Counted from the first letter of the stretch, positions 14,750-24,218 are shown. The stretch is 64,000 bases of DNA from an uncultured Kiritimatiellota bacterium (GCA_944389585.1 CALXMW010000003.1:129818-193817), one strand, 5' to 3'. Made by a program: numbers and translations. The notes: generated from the letters alone by a model not told the origin.

Positions 14750-16909
14750 ATGCTGAGACCCATGATGCTGATGCTGGCGCTGGCCGGCGCGGGCGGAGCG
14801 GCCGCGCAGGGCCTGGACGTGCGCCTGAGCCCCGAGGAAATCTACGCCGGCGACGCCTTCACCCTGGAAGTCTCGGCAGGCGACGCCGACCTCGAGTCCC
14901 TCGACTTCGCCTTCTCCCTGCCCACCCAAGCCACCGGCCAGACCCGCCGCACCACCATCGTCAACGGCCGCCGCGCCACCGCCCTCGGCCGCGGCCTCCT
15001 CCCCCAAGGCACCGGCCCCTGCCGCCTCGAGCGCCTCTCCGCCCGCACCGCCGACGGCCGCACCCTCACCTACGACGGCCACCCCCACGTCACCGTCCGC
15101 GCCCTCGCCGCCGACCCCGAGGTCACCCTCACCCTCGCCGCCGACCCCGCCGAAGCCATGCCCGGCGACGCCGTCACCCTCACCGTCACCTGCCGCGCCC
15201 CCGCCCTCCGCGCCGGCGGGCGCCTCCTCTCCCCCTTCCTCGGCGCCGACCTCTTCGGCCGCCCCACCCCCCGCGCCCCCGCCATCCGCTTCCAGCCCGG
15301 CGCCTTCGACGCCTCGCCCCTGCGCCCCGCCGCCGACGCCACCCTCGAAGGCCCCGAGCCCGACGGCGACGACCTCGTCTGGCGCGTCACGATCCCCCTC
15401 CGCGCCGAACGCGCCGGCGAGCAGACCTTCCCCGCGCCCTTCCTCAACGACACCCGCGTCCGCGCCCTCGACGCCGACGGCCGCCCCCAGACCGTCCGCT
15501 GCGCGGCCGTCGGCCAGCCGCTCACCCTCCGCGTCGCCGACCCGCCCCTCGAAGGCCGCCCCGAAGGCTACGTCGGCGCCATCTGCCGCGCCTTCTCCGC
15601 CGACGCCGCGCTCGACGCCCAAAACCTCCGCCTCGGCGACCCCGTGCGCCTGCGCCTTACCCTCCGCGCCGACTGCGACCCCGCCCTCCTCCGCGCCCCC
15701 CGCCTCCCGGAACTCCCCGGCTTCCGCGCCGTCGGCGAGCCCGCCCGCGAGAGCGCCGAGGGCGGCGCCGCCTTCGTCTTCACCCTCCGCCCCACCCGCG
15801 TGGGCCTCCTGGAAGTGCCGCCGCTGCAGGTCGCCTGGTTCGACCGCGCCGCCCGCGCCTACCGCACGGCCGCCACCGTGGCCCTGCCGGTGCGCGTGCG
15901 CGCCTTGGCCCAAGGCGCCCTGTTGGGCCCAGACGGCGTGGCCCTGGCCGAGCCGCCGCCCGCCCTGGCGCGGGAGGACGAGCCCGCGCCGCGCCCGCCG
16001 TGGCCCTGGCTTGCCCTGGCCGCCGGAGCGGGGGCGCTGGCGTGCCGCTGGCTCGCGGCGCTGGGGAAAAGGCTCGCGCGGGCCGTCCTCGCGCCCTTCC
16101 GCGCCCGGCGCCCGCTGGCCCGCGCGCTGGCCGCCCTCGACCGGCCCGGGGACCCCGCGGCGGCCGCCGCGGCCGTGCGCCTGTGGGCCGGGAGCGCGTC
16201 GCTCACCCCCGCCGAGCTGGCCGCGCGCCTGGCCCCCTCGCCCGAGGCGGCGGAGGCCGTCGCCGCGTATGCCAGGCTCGAGGGGGCGGCCTATTCCGGC
16301 GGGGGGGACGAACCCGAGGCCCGCGCGGCGCTCCGGCGGCTCCTGCCCCGCCTCCGGCTGCTCGCGGCGCTCGCCCTGTTGCTCGCGCCGTCTGCGGGGC
16401 AGGCGGCGGACGGCTTCGTCCGGGAGCAGGCCTGGGCGCTCTCCGTCCGGGCCGAGCGTGAGGCCGACTACGCCGAGGCCGCGAACCTGTGGCTGCGCCT
16501 GGCGCGGGAGGGGGAGCCCTCGCCCGCGACGCTCCTCAACGCCGCCACGTGCGCCTTCCTGGCGCGCCGGCCGGATGTTTCCCTGGCGGTGCTGGCGCGG
16601 CGCGAACGCCTGTATGGGCGCACCGAGGACGGCGACCAGGCGCTCCGCGCCGCGTGCGCCCGGCTGGGCCGCGAGCCGCCCGGGCCCTGGGCGCGCGTGG
16701 CCTGGTGGCGCGCGGCGGGGTGGGCCGCGGCGGCGTTGGGCGCGTGCCTGGCGCTTTGCGCCATGCCGTGGCGGCGGCTGAGGCCGTGGCGCTGGGCGGC
16801 GTTGGCGGCGGCGTTGGGGCTGGGCGCGTGGGCGTTGGTGCTGTGGCAGGGGGCGCGCGGGCCGTGGCCCGAGGTCGTCGTGCCGAGCGCGGGGGAGGCC
16901 GCGCCATGA
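14750..16909 (+). CDS. BatD-like (aerotolerance/oxygen-tolerance family) membrane protein with a C-terminal helical-repeat and TM region
   Basis: Signal peptide MLRPMMLMLALAGAGGAAAQG. Repeated beta-rich 'GD.v.Ltv' segments as in BatD. TM WPWLALAAGAGALACRWL. Two further TM segments near the C-terminus. Confidence 0.7.
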   Translation: MLRPMMLMLALAGAGGAAAQGLDVRLSPEEIYAGDAFTLEVSAGDADLESLDFAFSLPTQATGQTRRTTIVNGRRATALGRGLLPQGTGPCRLERLSARTADGRTLTYDGHPHVTVRALAADPEVTLTLAADPAEAMPGDAVTLTVTCRAPALRAGGRLLSPFLGADLFGRPTPRAPAIRFQPGAFDASPLRPAADATLEGPEPDGDDLVWRVTIPLRAERAGEQTFPAPFLNDTRVRALDADGRPQTVRCAAVGQPLTLRVADPPLEGRPEGYVGAICRAFSADAALDAQNLRLGDPVRLRLTLRADCDPALLRAPRLPELPGFRAVGEPARESAEGGAAFVFTLRPTRVGLLEVPPLQVAWFDRAARAYRTAATVALPVRVRALAQGALLGPDGVALAEPPPALAREDEPAPRPPWPWLALAAGAGALACRWLAALGKRLARAVLAPFRARRPLARALAALDRPGDPAAAAAAVRLWAGSASLTPAELAARLAPSPEAAEAVAAYARLEGAAYSGGGDEPEARAALRRLLPRLRLLAALALLLAPSAGQAADGFVREQAWALSVRAEREADYAEAANLWLRLAREGEPSPATLLNAATCAFLARRPDVSLAVLARRERLYGRTEDGDQALRAACARLGREPPGPWARVAWWRAAGWAAAALGACLALCAMPWRRLRPWRWAALAAALGLGAWALVLWQGARGPWPEVVVPSAGEAAP

Positions 16910-17868
16910 GAGGGCTTGCGTGCTGTCTGCTGGCGGCGTTGGGCGCGTGGGCCGCGCGCGCCGACCTCGTCTCGGCCGCCTGGGGCACCGAGCCGGCCGC
17001 CCCGCTCTACGTGGGGCAGGCGTATTTCCTGACCCTCACGCTCACGACGGGGGCGGACGAGGAAATCGCCTCCTTTGTCATCGACCAGGGCCCCTCGCGC
17101 AACCCCGACGCCCAGCGGCGCGAGGAGCGCGACGGCAAGCGCCTGACCACCTTCCTCTGGCGCCAGTCCGAGCCCACGCCGCGCCTGGCCGCCATCCCGC
17201 TGACGCGCGTGGTGGCGGAGGTGACGCGCGTGCAGGCCTTTGGCTTCGCGCGCTTCGCCGACAGCTCGCGGCAGGGCGTGGGCGCGGCGGCCTTTTCGTA
17301 TGACGTCGTCGAGCTGCCCGGCGAGGCCGCGGGCGCGCCCATCGGGGACTTCACGCTGACCTTGGGCGTCGATTCGGAGACCTTCGAGCCCGGCGACGTG
17401 CGGCGGCTGACCGCGACGTTGGAGGCGCGCGAGGGCACCGTGCCGCAGACCCTCGACCTGGCGCTCGAGCCGTGCGAGGGGGTGCGCGTCTGGCCCTTCC
17501 GCGTGGTCGGGCGCACGGACGGGCGGCTGGTGGCGGAGGCGAGCGTGGCGATCGAGGCCGAGGGGCCGGTCACGCTGCGCCTGCGGCCCATGCGGGCGTT
17601 CGACCTGGGGACGCGCGCGCTGGCCGAGGTCGCCGCCGCGCCGCTCACCCTGCGCCCCCTGACGGCGGCGGAGAAGGCCTCCGCGCCCGACGCCGCGGGG
17701 CCGGTACCGCTGCGTTTCGCGCCGAGCGCCGCCGCGCCCGTGCTTGGGACGGTGGGGGAGGAGGCGCCCGTGCCGGCGGGCGGGCGCGTGGAGGGCTGGG
17801 TGCGCGTCCGCGCCGGCGGGCGCACGGGCTGGGTGCGCGAGGACGCGCTGAAGGGGGGCGGGCGATGA
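16906..17868 (+). CDS. BatD/BatE-like secreted protein with a C-terminal bacterial SH3 domain
   Basis: ATG 16906 overlaps the previous stop (ATGA). Signal peptide MRGLACCLLAALGAWAARA. C-terminus GRVEGWVRVRAGGRTGWVREDAL is SH3b-like. Confidence 0.65.
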   Translation: MRGLACCLLAALGAWAARADLVSAAWGTEPAAPLYVGQAYFLTLTLTTGADEEIASFVIDQGPSRNPDAQRREERDGKRLTTFLWRQSEPTPRLAAIPLTRVVAEVTRVQAFGFARFADSSRQGVGAAAFSYDVVELPGEAAGAPIGDFTLTLGVDSETFEPGDVRRLTATLEAREGTVPQTLDLALEPCEGVRVWPFRVVGRTDGRLVAEASVAIEAEGPVTLRLRPMRAFDLGTRALAEVAAAPLTLRPLTAAEKASAPDAAGPVPLRFAPSAAAPVLGTVGEEAPVPAGGRVEGWVRVRAGGRTGWVREDALKGGGR

Positions 17869-20108
17869 CGTTTTCGCATCCGTTTGCGTTGTTGGGGCTG
17901 CTGTTGGCGCCGGCGCTGTGGGCGCTGGCGTCGTGGCGGCTTCGGGTGATGGCGGCGCGGATGGCGCGGCTGTCGCGCAAGGCCGCCGGCACGCCGCCGC
18001 GGGCGCGGCTGCAGGTGGGGCTGTTGGCGGGGGCGGTGGCGGCGCTGGCCCTGGCGTTGGCGGGGCCCCGGTGGGGGCGCGGGAGCGAGGAGGCGGTGGT
18101 CTCGGGGCGTAACCTCATGCTGGCGGTGGACGTCTCCAACTCGATGCTGGCGCAGGACGTCCGCCCCGACCGCCTGGGCCGCGCCAAGGCCGACCTGATT
18201 GATTTGGTGGACGCCCTGCGGGGCGACCGCGCCGGGTTGCTGGCCTTCCGCGGCAGGGGGGCGCTCCTCTGCCCGCTGACGACCGACGCGGCCTTCCTGC
18301 GCCAGGGCATCGACGGCCTCTCGCCCGAGAGCGCGCCGCCCGGCGAGACCGACCTGGCCGACGCCCTTGCCAAGTGCCTGGAGGCTTTCGACCTGGCCGA
18401 GACCGACCATAACGCCATCGTCCTCATCAGCGACGGCGAGGACCTCGCGGGGCGCGCGCGGGCCTTGGCCCAGGAGGCCGGGCGGCGCGGCATCCCCATC
18501 TTCGCCGTCGGCGTCGGCTCGCCGCAGGGCGCGACGGTGCCGGGCGTGACGCACGGGGGCAGACCCGTGACGAGTCGCCTGGACGGGCGGACGCTCCGGG
18601 CCTTGGCCGAGGCCAGCGGCGGCGCCTATGTGCCCCTGGCCGGGGCCGGCGGGGCCGAGACGACCCTCGGCGCGGTCTACGCCCGCCATCTGGCGCGCCT
18701 GGCGGCGGAGGAGGAGCGCGAGCGGCTGGAGACGGCGCTGGCCGACCGCTCGCCGCGTTTCGCCGCGTTGGCGGCGGCCTTGGCGGTGGCGGCGGGATGC
18801 CTTTCCCTGGGGCGCGCGGCGGCGGCGCTGGCGTTGGCGGCGCTCCCTTTGGCGGCTGGGGCGCAGGAGGATGCCGCGCGGGTCTTCAACGACGCGCTCG
18901 CGCGTTATCAGGCCGGGGATGTGACGAACGCGCTCGGGCGCGTCCGCCAGGTGTTGGATCCCGGCCTGGAGGCCCGCGCGGCGACGCTCGAGGGCGCGCT
19001 TCTCCTGCGGTTGTCCGAGGCCGCCGAGGCTCCCGCCGAGCGGCTGGAGCTGCGCGGCCAGGCGGCGGGGGCCTTTGCCCGGGCCCTGCGCGCGGAACCT
19101 TCCGAGGCCGCGCGGCGCAACCTTTCCCGCGCCCTTGAGGGGATGGCGGGGCTGCGGCGCGAGGCGCGCAAGGTCGCCGCGTTGAGGCGCTATGAAGGGA
19201 AAGGCCTGGGGTTGGCGCCGGAGCTGCTGGCCGCGCAACGCGCCCTCATGCGCCGCCCGGCCGAGGTGGCCGCCCTGCCGCCGGGCGCGCGCATCGCGGC
19301 GGCGGAGGCGTTGGCGGCGGAGACGCGCGCGCAGGCGGATCGATGGTTTCCCGTGCTCGAGGCGCTCCCGCAGGCCGTGACGAACGAGACGCTCCGCGCC
19401 GAGATCGCGGCGCGCGCGGAGGCCGAGCAGGCGGCGCTCGACGCGGCGGCCGAGGGGTTCGAGGCGCTGTCGTTGGGGGCCGGGCCGCTGGCGGCTGGCG
19501 AGCCTTTCGTCTATGACCTGTGGAAGGGCGTGGCCGACCCGCCGATGCTCAACGCCGAGGCCATCGCCGTCCACTCCAACGCGCTCAACCGCCTGCCGCC
19601 CTATCAGCCCGCCCGCGAGGATCTGCCCGAGGTGCTCGCCCTCACGCGCCAGTTCCGCCTGGCCTTCCCCGAGTGGGCCGAGGAACAGCTCCGCCAGGCG
19701 GCGGCCTCGACCAACGAGACGGCCTTCACCGAGGCCGACCGCGACCTCATCGAGCGGACCGCCGCGGCCACCGAGCCGCTCCTGGCCCCGCCCGTCTCCG
19801 AGGACGCCCTAAGCCGGGTGATGGCGAACCTGCTGCTCATCCGCGACCATCTGCCCAAGCAGGGCGGCCAGGGCCAGGGGCAACCCCCGCCCCAGCAGCA
19901 GCCTCCGCAGGGCCAGCCCCCGCCTTCCGGCGGCCAGGGCCAAAACCGGCAGTCCCCGCCCCCGACCCCCGCTGAGCGCGAGGAGCAGGCGCGCCGGGAG
20001 GATCTCGAGGCCCTGCTCCAGAAGGCCGCCGACCGTACCCGCGCGCATGAGGAGGAGAAGCGCCGCGCCCGGCGCGCCCTTCTCCCGCCGAACGTCCGCG
20101 ATTGGTGA
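17865..20108 (+). CDS. VWA-domain protein fused to TPR-like repeats (BatA/BatB + BatC-like), Q/P-rich tail
   Basis: ATG 17865 overlaps the previous stop. Two N-terminal TM helices. MIDAS-type LAVDVSNSM, ...ISDGED, and FAVGVGS. A helical repeat region follows, then a GQGQGQPPPQQQPPQGQPPP tail. Confidence 0.8.
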   Translation: MTFSHPFALLGLLLAPALWALASWRLRVMAARMARLSRKAAGTPPRARLQVGLLAGAVAALALALAGPRWGRGSEEAVVSGRNLMLAVDVSNSMLAQDVRPDRLGRAKADLIDLVDALRGDRAGLLAFRGRGALLCPLTTDAAFLRQGIDGLSPESAPPGETDLADALAKCLEAFDLAETDHNAIVLISDGEDLAGRARALAQEAGRRGIPIFAVGVGSPQGATVPGVTHGGRPVTSRLDGRTLRALAEASGGAYVPLAGAGGAETTLGAVYARHLARLAAEEERERLETALADRSPRFAALAAALAVAAGCLSLGRAAAALALAALPLAAGAQEDAARVFNDALARYQAGDVTNALGRVRQVLDPGLEARAATLEGALLLRLSEAAEAPAERLELRGQAAGAFARALRAEPSEAARRNLSRALEGMAGLRREARKVAALRRYEGKGLGLAPELLAAQRALMRRPAEVAALPPGARIAAAEALAAETRAQADRWFPVLEALPQAVTNETLRAEIAARAEAEQAALDAAAEGFEALSLGAGPLAAGEPFVYDLWKGVADPPMLNAEAIAVHSNALNRLPPYQPAREDLPEVLALTRQFRLAFPEWAEEQLRQAAASTNETAFTEADRDLIERTAAATEPLLAPPVSEDALSRVMANLLLIRDHLPKQGGQGQGQPPPQQQPPQGQPPPSGGQGQNRQSPPPTPAEREEQARREDLEALLQKAADRTRAHEEEKRRARRALLPPNVRDW

Positions 20109-20111
20109 GGA

Positions 20112-20122
20112 TGTGGTATGAT
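20112..20122 (+). promoter_or_regulatory. Extended -10 (TGTGGTATGAT) upstream of proC
   Basis: Followed by AGGAAGGA RBS and ATG 20141. Confidence 0.4.
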
Positions 20123-20140
20123 GGGCGCGAACAGGAAGGA

Positions 20141-20923
20141 ATGGATATGACGATCGCGATCTTGGGCGCCGGCAACATGGGCGGCGCCATTGCCAAGGGC
20201 CTCGTGCGCTCGGGCCTGGCCCCCGCCGACATCACGCTGACGCGCACCCAGCCCGGCGCGCCGGAGGATCTGGCCGCGCTGGGCCTGGCCGTGACGACGG
20301 ACAACGCGGCGGCGGCGGCCGGGGCGGACGCGCTGTTCGTGGCGGTGAAGCCGTGGCTGGTGAGCGCGGTGCTCCAGCCGTTGGCCGGGGCCCTGCGGCC
20401 GGGGACGCTCGTGGTCTCCGTGGCCGCGGGGGTGACGCTGGCCGAGCTGCGCGAGGATCTGGGCCGCGCCAAGGGCGTGCGCCTGGCGCGCGTCATGCCC
20501 AACACGGCGGTCGGGCTGTGCTGCGGCGTCTCGGCCGTGGCCGGGGAGACGCCCGAGGCCACCGAGGCGGCCACCGCGCTGATGGGGCGCCTGGGGCTGA
20601 CCTTCGTCTGCGGGGAGGAGCGTTTCGGGGCGGTGACGGCGCTTTCCGGGTGCGGCATCGCCCATGCGTTGCGCTTCCTGCGCGCGGGGCAGGAGGCGGG
20701 GTTGGAGATGGGGGTGCCGGCGAAGGCCGCCGGGGAGATCTTCGCGCAGGTGATGAAGGGCGCCGCCGAGCTCGTCCTGCGTTCCGGCAACCACCCCGAG
20801 GCGGAGGTCGACCGCGTGTGCACGCCGGGGGGGCTGACCATCAAGGGCATCAACGCGATGGAGCGCGCGGGCTTCACCGGCGCGGTGGTGCAGGGCCTGC
20901 TGGCCTCCTTGCCGGAGAAGTGA
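20141..20923 (+). CDS. proC: Pyrroline-5-carboxylate reductase
   Basis: MDMTIAILGAGNMGGAI Rossmann N-terminus and C-terminal TPGGLTIKG. Confidence 0.9.
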   Translation: MDMTIAILGAGNMGGAIAKGLVRSGLAPADITLTRTQPGAPEDLAALGLAVTTDNAAAAAGADALFVAVKPWLVSAVLQPLAGALRPGTLVVSVAAGVTLAELREDLGRAKGVRLARVMPNTAVGLCCGVSAVAGETPEATEAATALMGRLGLTFVCGEERFGAVTALSGCGIAHALRFLRAGQEAGLEMGVPAKAAGEIFAQVMKGAAELVLRSGNHPEAEVDRVCTPGGLTIKGINAMERAGFTGAVVQGLLASLPEK

Positions 20924-20924
20924 G

Positions 20925-21692
20925 ATGCGCGTGGTCCTCAAAGTCGGCTCGAACGTGGTGGCGCGCGCGAACGGGCGCCTGAGCATCGCGCGCCTGGCGG
21001 CCTTGGCCGACGAGGTGGCCGCGCTTTGCGAGGCCGGGCACCAGGTGCTCATCGTCAGCTCCGGCGCGGTGGCCGCCGGGCGCGGCCGCGTGGCCCTGCC
21101 CAAGACGGTCGACCGCGTGGCGCGCCGGCAGGTGCTCAGCGCCGTGGGCCAGGCCATCCTCATCGACACCTACCGCACGCTCTTCGACGCCGACGGCATG
21201 GACGTGGGGCAGATTTTGGTGACGAAGCACGACCTGTCCAGCCCCGAGCACGCCGCGACCCTGCGCCAGTGCGTCGAGGCCTTCTTCGCCTACGGCATCG
21301 TGCCGGTGGTGAACGAGAACGACACGGTGAGCGTCGAGGGCCTGATGTTCACGGACAACGACGAGCTCGCCGGCCTGCTGGCCCGGCTCATCGGCGCGGA
21401 TCTGCTGATCCTCCTCTCCTCGGTGGACGGGCTGTGCGCGGGCGACCCGGAGGCCCCCGGGGCCGAGGTGGTGCGCGAGGTGCGCCCCGGCGACGACCTG
21501 TCGGCGCTCGTGCGGCGGACGACCTCCTCGCAGGGGCGCGGGGGCATGGGCACGAAGCTGCGCGTGGCGCAGGCGGCGGCCGAGGGGGGCATCGCCGCGG
21601 CCATCGCCAACGGCGCGCGGCCCGGTATCGTCGGCGCGCTCGTCTCGGGGGCGGACGTGCCGTGCACGCGCTTCCTCCCGGCGGCGCGGTAG
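20925..21692 (+). CDS. proB: Glutamate 5-kinase, short form without a PUA domain (255 aa)
   Basis: VLKVGSNVV, IVSSGAVAAG, NENDTVS and GGMGTKL motifs. Starts 2 nt after the proC stop. Confidence 0.9.
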   Translation: MRVVLKVGSNVVARANGRLSIARLAALADEVAALCEAGHQVLIVSSGAVAAGRGRVALPKTVDRVARRQVLSAVGQAILIDTYRTLFDADGMDVGQILVTKHDLSSPEHAATLRQCVEAFFAYGIVPVVNENDTVSVEGLMFTDNDELAGLLARLIGADLLILLSSVDGLCAGDPEAPGAEVVREVRPGDDLSALVRRTTSSQGRGGMGTKLRVAQAAAEGGIAAAIANGARPGIVGALVSGADVPCTRFLPAAR

Positions 21693-21715
21693 CGCGCGCG
21701 GGCGGGGCGGGTTTG

Positions 21716-21749
21716 GCCCGGCGGCGTGCGGCCGCCGGGCTTTTCGTTT
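21716..21749 (+). terminator. Terminator after proB
   Basis: GCCCGGCGGC-GTGCG-GCCGCCGGGC (10-bp stem) followed by TTTTCGTTT. Confidence 0.65.
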
Positions 21750-21759
21750 GGCGGGGGCG

Positions 21760-23685
21760 TCAGTAGAGGCCGTAGCGCCTGGAGACGAGCTCCGGGGGGA
21801 GCTGCTTGACGAAGCGCGAGGGGAAGAGGGCGACGGTGCCGCCGCCGGGGGGCTTGCGGTGGGAGGGGACGCAGAGCAGGAGCTCGTCTTTGGCGCGGGT
21901 GAGGGCCACGTAGAAGAGGCGGCGCTCCTCGGGGGCCTGGTCTTCCATGATGGCCTTGGCGGAGGGGAAGAGGTCTTCGTTGCACCAGATGAGGATGACG
22001 ACGGGCCATTCGAGGCCTTTGGCCTGGTGGACGGTGGAGAGGCGGATGGCGGGGCGGTCGGGGGCGGCGCCCTCGGCGTCGACGTTGCTCATGAGGGCGG
22101 CCTCGGAGAGGAAGTCGGCGACGGTCTGGCCTTCGGCGATCTGGGCGGCGAGGGCGGCGACGTCCTGGGCGCGGTCCTCGGCGTTGTCGTAGGTGCGGCG
22201 GAGGTAGGCGGCGTACCAGGCCTCGAGGAAGCGTTTGACGGCGAGGCCGCCGCGGTTTTCGAGGCCTTCGGCGTGGTAGTCGGCGATGAGGGCGTCGAGG
22301 GCGCGCCAATCGTCCTGCGCCTTTTTGGGCAGGAGGGTGAGGAGCTTGAGGCGGGCGGTCTCGTCGGCGGGGTCGAAGAAGCCGCCGAGGCGCTGCCAGA
22401 TGCGCTCGACGGTCTTGGGGCCGACGCCGGGGAGGAGGGCCATGCAGCGGGCGAAGGCGATGGCGTCGACGCCGCCGGAGCAGAGCCTGAGGAAGGCGAC
22501 GACGTCTTTGGCGTGCTGGCTTTCGAAGATGCCTTGGCCGGAGGTGAGGACGTAGTCGACGCGGCGGCGGCGGAGCTCGAGCTCCAGCTCCATGACGTGG
22601 TAGTGGGCGCGGTAGAGGACGGCGATGTCTTGGGGGCGGTAGCCGCTTTGGAGGGCGCGCTGGATGTGGCGGAGCACCATCTGGTTTTGCTCGGCGGCGT
22701 CGTAGAGGAAGGCGACGAGGGGCTTGCGGCCGGCGGGGGGGCGCGTGGGCAGGAGGGTTTTCTGGAATTGCTCGGGGTTGCCGGCGATGGTGGCGTTGGC
22801 GACGGCGAGGATCTCGGGGGCGGAGCGGTAGTTGCGCTCGAGCTTGACGACGCGGCAGCCGGGCCAGCGCTTGGGGAAGTCCATGATGTTGCGGAAGTCC
22901 GCGCCGCGCCAGGAGTAGATGCACTGGAAGTCGTCGCCCACGGCCATGAGGTTGCGGTGGCGCGCGGCGAGGCGGTCGACGAGCTGGGCCTGGATGGTGT
23001 TGGTGTCCTGGTATTCGTCGACGAGGACGTGGCGGAAGCGCGCGGCGTAGAAGTCGGCCACCTGGGGGTGTTCCTCGAAGAGGCGCAGGGTGAGGGTGAG
23101 CAGGTCGTCGAAATCCATCGCGTTGTTCTCGCGCTTGGCCTCGGCGTAGCGCCGGGCCACGGCGAGGAGCTGCGCGGGGTCGACGGGGTCCTCGAAGAGG
23201 GTGCCCTCGAGCAGGGCCTGGAGGTCGGCCTGGGTGTTGGCGGCCTTGCCGATGAGGGCGGCGATGACCTCCTTTTTGGGGAAGCGCTTGGTGTCGGCGA
23301 CGAGTTCCTTGAGGCCGCGGTTGAGGAGCGAGAGGGCGTCGGCGCGGTCGAGGATGGCGAAGTCGCGCCGGTATCCCAGGAGGGGCGCCTCGCGGCGGAG
23401 GATGCGGTGGCAGACGTGGTGGAAGGTGCCCGACCAGAGGGTGGCGATGGCGGGCCCGGCGAGGGCCTGGGCGCGTTCCATCATCTCGCGCGCGGCGCGG
23501 TTGGTGAAGGTGAGCAGGAGGATGCCCTCGGGGGCCTCGCCCTGCTCGAGGAGCCAGGCGACGCGGTGGGTGAGGGTGCGCGTCTTGCCGGTGCCGGCGG
23601 CGGCGAGGACGAGCGTGGGCCCTTCGCCGGCGGTCACCGCCGCCAGCTGCTCCGGGTTCAGCAAGCTTTCCCAATCCGTCGCCAT
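21760..23685 (-). CDS. UvrD/Rep/PcrA-family ATP-dependent DNA helicase
   Basis: ATG 23685 gives MATDWESLLNPEQLAAV...VLAAAGTGKTRTL (Walker A). Also DEYQDTN, YRS, and TVHQAKGLEW...LFYVALTRAK. Confidence 0.92.
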   Translation of the reverse strand: MATDWESLLNPEQLAAVTAGEGPTLVLAAAGTGKTRTLTHRVAWLLEQGEAPEGILLLTFTNRAAREMMERAQALAGPAIATLWSGTFHHVCHRILRREAPLLGYRRDFAILDRADALSLLNRGLKELVADTKRFPKKEVIAALIGKAANTQADLQALLEGTLFEDPVDPAQLLAVARRYAEAKRENNAMDFDDLLTLTLRLFEEHPQVADFYAARFRHVLVDEYQDTNTIQAQLVDRLAARHRNLMAVGDDFQCIYSWRGADFRNIMDFPKRWPGCRVVKLERNYRSAPEILAVANATIAGNPEQFQKTLLPTRPPAGRKPLVAFLYDAAEQNQMVLRHIQRALQSGYRPQDIAVLYRAHYHVMELELELRRRRVDYVLTSGQGIFESQHAKDVVAFLRLCSGGVDAIAFARCMALLPGVGPKTVERIWQRLGGFFDPADETARLKLLTLLPKKAQDDWRALDALIADYHAEGLENRGGLAVKRFLEAWYAAYLRRTYDNAEDRAQDVAALAAQIAEGQTVADFLSEAALMSNVDAEGAAPDRPAIRLSTVHQAKGLEWPVVILIWCNEDLFPSAKAIMEDQAPEERRLFYVALTRAKDELLLCVPSHRKPPGGGTVALFPSRFVKQLPPELVSRRYGLY

Positions 23686-23687
23686 AT

Positions 23688-23813
23688 TCACCACAAGGAG
23701 CACAAGGGGCCACAAAGGGCGCAAGGATTTTTAAGGGGGGAAGGAGAGGTGGCAATCATCTCTGTTGGGTTCGCCACAAGGGTCGCAAGGGGCCACAAAG
23801 GGCGCAAAGGGTT
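23688..23813 (-). repeat. Two direct copies of an M3-like module (copy C) in the helicase 5' UTR / downstream of the GxxExxY gene
   Basis: 23688-23737 and 23770-23813 both read TTCRCCACAAGG..CAAGGGGCCACAAAGGGCGCAARG. The reverse complement (CCTTTGCGCCCTTTGTGG...) resembles module M3. Confidence 0.75.
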
Positions 23814-24218
23814 CTAGAGCACGAAGTGTTTGTAGCCATCGATGAGGCGCGGGTAGCCGAAGTTGAGCAGGACGCCATAGCGTTTGTTGGCAAGTTTGAG
23901 GTAGGTGAGCAGCTGTTGTTCGTAGACGGGCTTGTTGGCTTCCGTGGATTTGAGTTCCACCACGAGCGTGTCGTTGACCAACAAGTCCATCCGAAAGGCG
24001 ACGTCAATCACGTGTCCTTCGTCGACCACGGTGACGGGGACTTCCGTCTTGACATCCAGCCCGTGTTTGTCGCGCAATCGATGCAGCAGTGCGACGCGGT
24101 AGAAGTTTTCCAATAACATCGGGCCATAGTTTTGGTGGAGCGAGATGGCCTCGTGGAGCACGATCCCATTGAGCTCGTAGTCTTCGTTGCGTTGGGCAGG
24201 CGTGATTGTCGGCGGCAT
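23814..24218 (-). CDS. GxxExxY-family protein (PD-(D/E)XK nuclease-like fold)
   Basis: 134 aa. GPMLLENFYRVAL (GxxExxY block), DVAFRMDLLVNDTLVVELKS (D...ExK core) and GVLLNFG, as in the family often found in 23S rRNA intervening sequences. Confidence 0.85.
   Translation of the reverse strand: MPPTITPAQRNEDYELNGIVLHEAISLHQNYGPMLLENFYRVALLHRLRDKHGLDVKTEVPVTVVDEGHVIDVAFRMDLLVNDTLVVELKSTEANKPVYEQQLLTYLKLANKRYGVLLNFGYPRLIDGYKHFVL

Noticed and set aside
11932-14763. 943-aa ORF antisense to hom and aspartate kinase.
   Set aside because: Same reasoning: the sense-strand genes have strong family signatures, and the antisense product is low-complexity (GGxDDGxAxG-like).
20925-21692. proB as truncated or a pseudogene because it lacks the PUA domain.
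   Set aside because: Short, kinase-domain-only ProB proteins are a known natural form. The ORF is intact, is coupled to proC, and ends at a good terminator.
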